IMG/VR virus record: IMGVR_UViG_3300033146_000658
Coordinates: 5,330-69,329 of that record
Source of the DNA: a virus
Strand: one strand, 5' to 3'
DNA length: 64,000 nt
Shown here: positions 58,838-64,000 of the stretch, one piece after another
Layout of the letters: each line of letters starts with the position of its first letter
Position numbering within the stretch: the first letter of the stretch is position 1
Made by a program: the position numbers and the translations under genes
Notes under the pieces: generated by a model
What the model was told of the DNA's origin: nothing
The model's input: the letters and a program-made list of their open reading frames with translations, nothing else
Databases searched by the model: none

Positions 58838-59568
58838 TATAGGTTTTGTCTAACTGATGATAAATATTCTTTAGAATAACTATCTGACATTGGATTACCT
58901 GGCATTTCGGCCGCTTGAGGAGATATATCTGCTGGAGTAAATTTAGAACCTAGTAGTTTTGAAACAACATCATCCTTTATATATCCCCACATCTTCTTGC
59001 TAACTGGATAATCTTCCAGCTCAGTAATTTCTCCATCCCTAGCATCAGCATAAGAATATCCAATAGCTTCTGATGGATTTTCAAGAACATGATCTAATGA
59101 TATATTCTGTAAGTTCCTTATTGATTTTCTTGAACTAACTAAATATAATCTATCATCAGTATCTAAATATATAGCTAATGGACAAAATGGCGCATCAGCT
59201 GCATATCTAGCTCTATGCTTATCCATTAAATCATACTCCCCTATATTTCTATCAATTGATGTAATAGAATAAATACCTGGTAATCTATTCATTACTAATA
59301 ACTTAGGAAGTTTAATGGCTGTCCTAACTAAATATTTACCAGTCTCTAATATATTAACATCCATACTAGTGTCTACTGTTTCTAATGGATATGTTATTGA
59401 TTGCCTTACATCTATTGGAATTATCTTCTTTCTGAGATAGTCCCGTTCTATAAATTTAGCTCTACTTTGATCCATTAATTCAGCAATGTATTTCTCTGAA
59501 AAATCACTATCGTCATCAAATTCTGTAAGCCTATTTATTATATCGTATATTCCTTCTCTCTGTGTCAT
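58837..59568 (-). CDS. tail ring / tubular protein
   Basis: 243 aa; LENP and YPVS motifs; synteny in the tail module. Confidence 0.55.
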   Translation of the reverse strand: MTQREGIYDIINRLTEFDDDSDFSEKYIAELMDQSRAKFIERDYLRKKIIPIDVRQSITYPLETVDTSMDVNILETGKYLVRTAIKLPKLLVMNRLPGIYSITSIDRNIGEYDLMDKHRARYAADAPFCPLAIYLDTDDRLYLVSSRKSIRNLQNISLDHVLENPSEAIGYSYADARDGEITELEDYPVSKKMWGYIKDDVVSKLLGSKFTPADISPQAAEMPGNPMSDSYSKEYLSSVRQNL

Positions 59569-59572
59569 ATTA

Positions 59573-60514
59573 TTATACTAATGTTGAAACTAAATTGCCA
59601 GCATTGTCAACTGTTAATTTAAATTTTGTTCCATTTGGTGATCTCATTATAATACCCTCGCCAGGGAGGTTTGTCTCTAATCTAGGAACCATAACGGTAT
59701 CACTATCTGATAAATTTGCGTCTGTGCATCCTATTATTACTGCATTTCTATCTGCATCAATAGACGAATTATCACTAGCAATTATAGCTGTTGAACCATT
59801 TGGTGAATCAATTGTATTCGTACTACCACCAATTATGACTGATTTTGTGCTATTTGAAATACTAACATTATCTGAATTATAAATACCATTATATTCTCCA
59901 CTAACAACGGAATTTCTGGAACCAATAATTATATTTCTAAGTCCATTCACTGTATTACCAAATCCGCCAATAATACCCGAATTTTCATTATAGGCACCTA
60001 ATATTTTATTATCCAATCCACCACCAATGAACGAAGTTGATCCTTCATTTTTATTAGCATCACCACTAATAATCCCAGAACCATACCCACTTGTCTGGTT
60101 ACCAAATCCACCAATAACAGTAGAGTGTGTTCCCGATGCTTCGTTGGTATTACCAACTGCAATTGAATAATCTTCACTAGTAATGCAATTCTGAGAGATT
60201 AGTTTAGCACTTTTTGCGCCAGTTCCTTCTTCCCATAATCCAGATGCCGGAGTAGCCGTCCATTCTAGTGCGTCCCCTGTAGCGTTGCTAACAAGCATCA
60301 TATTAGATTCAAATAACTCAGGTGTATCAGTAAGATTAATGAAGCTACTAGTGGCTAAATAAGCTGCATTAAAACAGCTATAGATAAGATTACGAAAGTC
60401 TTTCCCATGAGGTTTGTCGTAATCATTAAAGAATTGAGTTAAAGGTTCTGGATGTATATATATAAGAGCTCCATTGGAATTTCCATCCCACGGCTCATTC
60501 CATGTTACGCTCAT
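59573..60514 (-). CDS. tail fibre/spike-like protein with Gly-rich beta-roll repeats
   Basis: Repeated (S)xIxGGxxN units; C-terminal GIIMRSPNGTKFKLTVDNAGNL. Confidence 0.6.
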   Translation of the reverse strand: MSVTWNEPWDGNSNGALIYIHPEPLTQFFNDYDKPHGKDFRNLIYSCFNAAYLATSSFINLTDTPELFESNMMLVSNATGDALEWTATPASGLWEEGTGAKSAKLISQNCITSEDYSIAVGNTNEASGTHSTVIGGFGNQTSGYGSGIISGDANKNEGSTSFIGGGLDNKILGAYNENSGIIGGFGNTVNGLRNIIIGSRNSVVSGEYNGIYNSDNVSISNSTKSVIIGGSTNTIDSPNGSTAIIASDNSSIDADRNAVIIGCTDANLSDSDTVMVPRLETNLPGEGIIMRSPNGTKFKLTVDNAGNLVSTLV

Positions 60515-60539
60515 AATGTATTATATTTTAAATTCATTT

Positions 60540-60551
60540 TTATATGTTACT
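60540..60551 (-). promoter_or_regulatory. putative phage late promoter motif AGTAACATATAA
   Basis: Intergenic exact 12-mer, 25 nt upstream of the ATG at 60514 and just downstream of a terminator. Confidence 0.6.
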
Positions 60552-60556
60552 TTATT

Positions 60557-60592
60557 AAATAAGAAAGGCCCACCCATATAGGATGAGCCTTC
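60557..60592 (-). terminator. rho-independent terminator
   Basis: Minus strand AGGCTCATCC-TATAT-GGGTGGGCCT followed by TTCTTATTT, right after the stop at 60595. Confidence 0.7.
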
Positions 60593-60594
60593 TA

Positions 60595-61176
60595 TTACTT
60601 TATTCTATATCCTGCATGAATATTTATAGTCTTATTCCTTAGTCCGTAAGATCCTCCAATAAGCCAACATTTATTTGGTGTATACCATGCTGCTGGGCCT
60701 ACATCTAAAAATTCACCAGAGCCACTTATCTCTCCACCAATAAATAGTTTTGATTTAAATGGATACTTAACTTCAAGCACCTCTTTAATTACTGGCGTTC
60801 TTCTGGTTACTAACACGCTTCTGTTTTCGACTTTATTCATAAATGTATTCTCCTGAATCCTGACAGTTAGTAAAGAATCTATCTCTAGAGTATCGTCGTA
60901 AAAGTTCTTGCAAAAATATTCTTCAGCAATTGCCGCACTATCTAATTTTAAAGAATCTATAATATTATATATAGTAGAATCTTTAACTTTAGTTTTGTAT
61001 CTTATTACTAAAGAATCCTTATTTACGATATTGGTATCATTAAACCACAATGTGTCAACAACTACGATAGATGTATCATTTTGTTTAATATCTATATGTT
61101 GTTTATCGCAAGTATTAAATGATAACATAAATATCAATATCGCAGATAATCCTAATATTATAAAATTCTTATTCAT
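60595..61176 (-). CDS. membrane-anchored protein (possible spanin-like lysis accessory)
   Basis: N-terminal TM/signal with nearby Cys, VxDT repeats and C-terminal amphipathic beta-strands ending GYRIK. Confidence 0.45.
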   Translation of the reverse strand: MNKNFIILGLSAILIFMLSFNTCDKQHIDIKQNDTSIVVVDTLWFNDTNIVNKDSLVIRYKTKVKDSTIYNIIDSLKLDSAAIAEEYFCKNFYDDTLEIDSLLTVRIQENTFMNKVENRSVLVTRRTPVIKEVLEVKYPFKSKLFIGGEISGSGEFLDVGPAAWYTPNKCWLIGGSYGLRNKTINIHAGYRIK

Positions 61177-62849
61177 TATCCTAAGGTATTAGATATTAAT
61201 ACATTATCAATTATTGCGGTATAAGCTGGCCCAAAAGGGTCTGATGTGGTATGCGTAAATGAACACGGGTGAGGAGCGCCTTCTATCATGGCTAGTTCTC
61301 CAACTATTGTTAAATTATCATCTATTGCGCTATTTGCATATGCTCCGGTGTCAAGTATTGCTGAGAACGAGACCGTTTTATTTCCATATTCATCGCCTGT
61401 TGTTGCTGCCTTGTCCGCACAATCATCCGCTGCGATAAAGTACGTTATTGAAGAAGCATCCTGTAATCCATCTTGCCCATTTGCAATTATAGATAAACTA
61501 TACCCAATAGGCTCACATGTGCCTGCGTTGTCACGATACGTCATTATGTCAGTAAACGTAATATTACCTGATACAAATATTTTATGATCATCGGTTCCTG
61601 TTCCTGAAACTTTTGTATAATTACTGCTCTGCCAAACGTTATCGGGATCATACGATTCATCAGTTCCTAATGAATCATCTGCTATTATATCAAATGATGT
61701 ATATTTAGATAATGATGTTACGTCTTGGCTTGTATTAGTTGCTTTAAACGTATATGTAGGAATATAATTACTGCATTTCGTAAAACATACTTTCTGAAAC
61801 CATACCGATGATGCTATTTGCCATATCTCTCCAGTGTCAGTATTTATGTAAACATCATTTTCATTTCCGCTTACCGGTATAGTATTTGGATCCGTCTCGG
61901 TGCCGAATATAGTATTGGCTCCAGTGGATGTTACTGGCGCTGGTATTGTTGCAATTAAATTTGCGGTTGTATCATTCCATGCGGTAACAGCATTGTATAA
62001 ATTTATAGACCCATCTCCTGGGTCATTTGAATATACTTTGGTGTTCTTTTGTATTGTCGTGGTTGTTTGTAATGATGAATCCTCAAACCATTTAAATGAC
62101 CAATCATCAACCCCTTCTGTAGCAGTCCATTCATAATTTATACCAGATTGCCACACTGGTGATGATGCTAGCCACGATCCGTTTACCCAATTCTCCAAAT
62201 GAAGCGCACCTGCAACATTAACAATTTTTGATTGACTCCTTAAATCAACCCCAGTATCAATCCATACATCACCAGCTGTTCTTAAATAAAGGGAATTATA
62301 TAATTTTGTATCTATATAATAATCTAAATCTTTTCCAATTCCTGACGGTGGTAACGCTGGAGGAACCCCTCCTAAAGACCCATAATGAAAAGTTGTATGC
62401 GTATCGATGAATAAATCTGCAGTAGGAGACGGAAAATCAACTGTTATAATTCTATCAGTCTCGTCAAATGTTATATCACTTATGACACCTGAATTATTTA
62501 TTAATGTATCATACATCGATTGAGGGTATACTAAAAAGTATCCTTCCGAATCAACTGTATCACCATCATCAAACTGAGCCTGAGTTCCGCGCTTGACTAA
62601 CCCTTGATAATCTTCCGTAGCTGTATCCTCTACATTTAGCTGAAATGCTAAACTTTCAAATAGTTTAGTGAATACATCTTGTGATGGATAATGCTCTGTT
62701 AAATATCTATTCTTAACGGTAACGGTTCCTCCGCCAGGTATATTAACCTGATACTCTATTGGAAAGCCAACTTCTTGATCAGGATAAGGTCCGCCAGCTT
62801 CCTGAGAGTCTCTTAGGAAAAATTCTTTATATTCTCTATCTAATGCCAT
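61176..62849 (-). CDS. putative structural (tail/fibre) protein
   Basis: 557 aa, acidic, T/G/D-rich, beta-rich; GxxxDYYIDT and GxxxDVYINT repeats typical of fibre shafts. Confidence 0.5.
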   Translation of the reverse strand: MALDREYKEFFLRDSQEAGGPYPDQEVGFPIEYQVNIPGGGTVTVKNRYLTEHYPSQDVFTKLFESLAFQLNVEDTATEDYQGLVKRGTQAQFDDGDTVDSEGYFLVYPQSMYDTLINNSGVISDITFDETDRIITVDFPSPTADLFIDTHTTFHYGSLGGVPPALPPSGIGKDLDYYIDTKLYNSLYLRTAGDVWIDTGVDLRSQSKIVNVAGALHLENWVNGSWLASSPVWQSGINYEWTATEGVDDWSFKWFEDSSLQTTTTIQKNTKVYSNDPGDGSINLYNAVTAWNDTTANLIATIPAPVTSTGANTIFGTETDPNTIPVSGNENDVYINTDTGEIWQIASSVWFQKVCFTKCSNYIPTYTFKATNTSQDVTSLSKYTSFDIIADDSLGTDESYDPDNVWQSSNYTKVSGTGTDDHKIFVSGNITFTDIMTYRDNAGTCEPIGYSLSIIANGQDGLQDASSITYFIAADDCADKAATTGDEYGNKTVSFSAILDTGAYANSAIDDNLTIVGELAMIEGAPHPCSFTHTTSDPFGPAYTAIIDNVLISNTLG

Positions 62850-62859
62850 TTTATTTTAT

Positions 62860-63270
62860 TTAAAAAGTTGTTACTCCGTCCTTGATTGTAGCTACATCTA
62901 AATGAACCCAATTGACGTTCTTTTCTAATCTTATTCCGTATGGTAATATATTATCATTTAATATAATCCATTCTCTAACTTCTTTCGCAGTCATCCCCTC
63001 AACATCAAAGTCTACTGCTTTACCAAGAACGTGTCCTGATAAGTATATTCTATTTTTAGATTTAACTATTTGACTCATGTTATGCCTTAACCCTCTTTGA
63101 GAGAATCCGCCACCATGCTTCCATGTATTTATTGTAATGGGCTTTTTAAGCTCTTCTCGTATCTTATCTATTGTCTCCAATAGTCTGGTATCAAAAAATC
63201 TTTCTGATGCCTCTCCGTGTAAATTATAGACCTTCTCGTCTACTAACTCATACATCTTAAAGTGTTTCAT
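62860..63270 (-). CDS. endolysin, peptidase M15 family
   Basis: SGHVLGKAVDF and WVHLD Zn-binding motifs. Confidence 0.85.
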   Translation of the reverse strand: MKHFKMYELVDEKVYNLHGEASERFFDTRLLETIDKIREELKKPITINTWKHGGGFSQRGLRHNMSQIVKSKNRIYLSGHVLGKAVDFDVEGMTAKEVREWIILNDNILPYGIRLEKNVNWVHLDVATIKDGVTTF

Positions 63271-63463
63271 CTTGTTGTTTCTTTTTGTAGTTTTTTATTC
63301 CCTCAACACCCATGAATGCTGTTAGAACTAATCCTAATGGTAAAGAGAACTGTTTAAGGGCCTCTAGCCATATTGGATATGCGGCACTCCCTAGAGCAAG
63401 AGTTATAGCCGTTAGCACCATACTAACGACTATAAATCTTCTTATTAATTTTGAGTAACGCAT
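63257..63463 (-). CDS. putative holin (2 TM)
   Basis: Likely start ATG at 63463 overlapping the upstream stop (TAATG); two hydrophobic helices and a basic C-tail; adjacent to the endolysin. Confidence 0.55.
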   Translation of the reverse strand: MRYSKLIRRFIVVSMVLTAITLALGSAAYPIWLEALKQFSLPLGLVLTAFMGVEGIKNYKKKQQDETL

Positions 63464-63711
63464 TAGGCTACTAATTGAATAACGGTAAACACTATTGTTA
63501 ATACACTCATTATAACAGCGCCAGTCCACTTTAACATATCTTTAGTGGCGTATTTCCTATCACGACTATCTAGGGAGTTTTGCATTTCCGTAAACCGATC
63601 AGCCTCATCCTTAACGTGTTCCTTGAGGGCCTCCTTTATTTCACGTATGCTATCTGACACCCCATCTAATTTTTCCTCCATTCTTGCAACTTTTATCTCC
63701 GTTGATTCCAT
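63463..63711 (-). CDS. XhlA-like coiled-coil + C-terminal TM protein (holin-like)
   Basis: VARMEEKLD coiled coil and a C-terminal hydrophobic helix; in the lysis cassette. Confidence 0.55.
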   Translation of the reverse strand: MESTEIKVARMEEKLDGVSDSIREIKEALKEHVKDEADRFTEMQNSLDSRDRKYATKDMLKWTGAVIMSVLTIVFTVIQLVA

Positions 63712-63717
63712 ACCTTC

Positions 63718-64000
63718 TTAATTTGTTATATATGTTGCCTTCTTATCTATAATTGTTTTTGGATCTGCATAAATATTACTAAGTGTAGCATTACCATACT
63801 GAGTAACCCACATTAATAATTCAGCGAATTGTAAGTGACCTCTAGTCCCATCCTCTCTATATCTAACCATAGGTATAAAGTGATGTGTATCATTAACTAA
63901 CTCATTCTTATTCATGAACTCACTAACAACATCTTCTTTCTTTACTTCTACGTAAGGTAAGTAACTAGAAGTCCAATTCACTTCAATATTCTTAGATAGG
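63718..64000 (-). CDS. hypothetical protein, probably 5'-truncated by window edge
   Basis: Reading frame remains open upstream of the GTG at 63981 to the window end. Confidence 0.5.
   Translation of the reverse strand, partial: LSKNIEVNWTSSYLPYVEVKKEDVVSEFMNKNELVNDTHHFIPMVRYREDGTRGHLQFAELLMWVTQYGNATLSNIYADPKTIIDKKATYITN

Noticed and set aside
27328-62410. Many short + strand ORFs inside the - strand structural genes (and short - strand ORFs inside the + block)
   Set aside because: They are antisense shadows of long coding genes, rich in S/L/F/I, with no motifs.
1-64000. Stop-codon reassignment (TAG to Gln or TGA to Trp), common in some Crassvirales
   Set aside because: Genes are long and densely packed under the standard code, and TAG and TGA both end genes at sensible junctions.
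1-64000. CRISPR arrays, tRNA genes, integrase, reverse transcriptase/DGR
   Set aside because: No regularly spaced repeats, cloverleafs, or corresponding protein motifs were seen by eye.

Overview
This window is 64 kb of a crAss-like (Crassvirales-type) dsDNA podophage genome: AT-rich, standard genetic code, tightly packed genes, most likely a Bacteroidota host. Two convergent gene blocks meet at a bidirectional terminator at about 26.2 kb. The + strand block (1-26194) encodes replication and recombination proteins (initiator, DnaB-like helicase, Sak4-like ATPase, SSB, primase, RusA-like resolvase, PD-(D/E)XK exonuclease, PolB). It also encodes nucleotide metabolism (class II RNR, DUF5664 diphosphohydrolase, two metallophosphoesterases) and a complete phiEco32-type peptide-ligase module (GGCT, ATP-grasp, COOH-NH2 ligase, class II GATase, amidoligase). 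The - strand block (26241-64000) encodes giant virion cargo proteins (including a DFDID virion RNA polymerase apparently split around a peptidoglycan hydrolase), muzzle/ring/tail proteins and a lysis cassette. The most striking unexplained signal is in 11 short, highly divergent ORFs scattered between the core + strand genes. All end in the same C-terminal peptide, [ILVM]-G-[IV]-[LFM]-[KR]-[IL]-[ILV]-stop, encoded by different synonymous codons, which suggests a phage-wide C-terminal tag system. Other notable signals are a head-to-tail pattern of lone terminal cysteines in the giant cargo proteins, a multi-stem candidate ncRNA at about 21.0 kb, and a repeated 12-nt promoter-like motif AGTAACATATAA. 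All functional calls come from motifs recognised by eye; no database searches were run.
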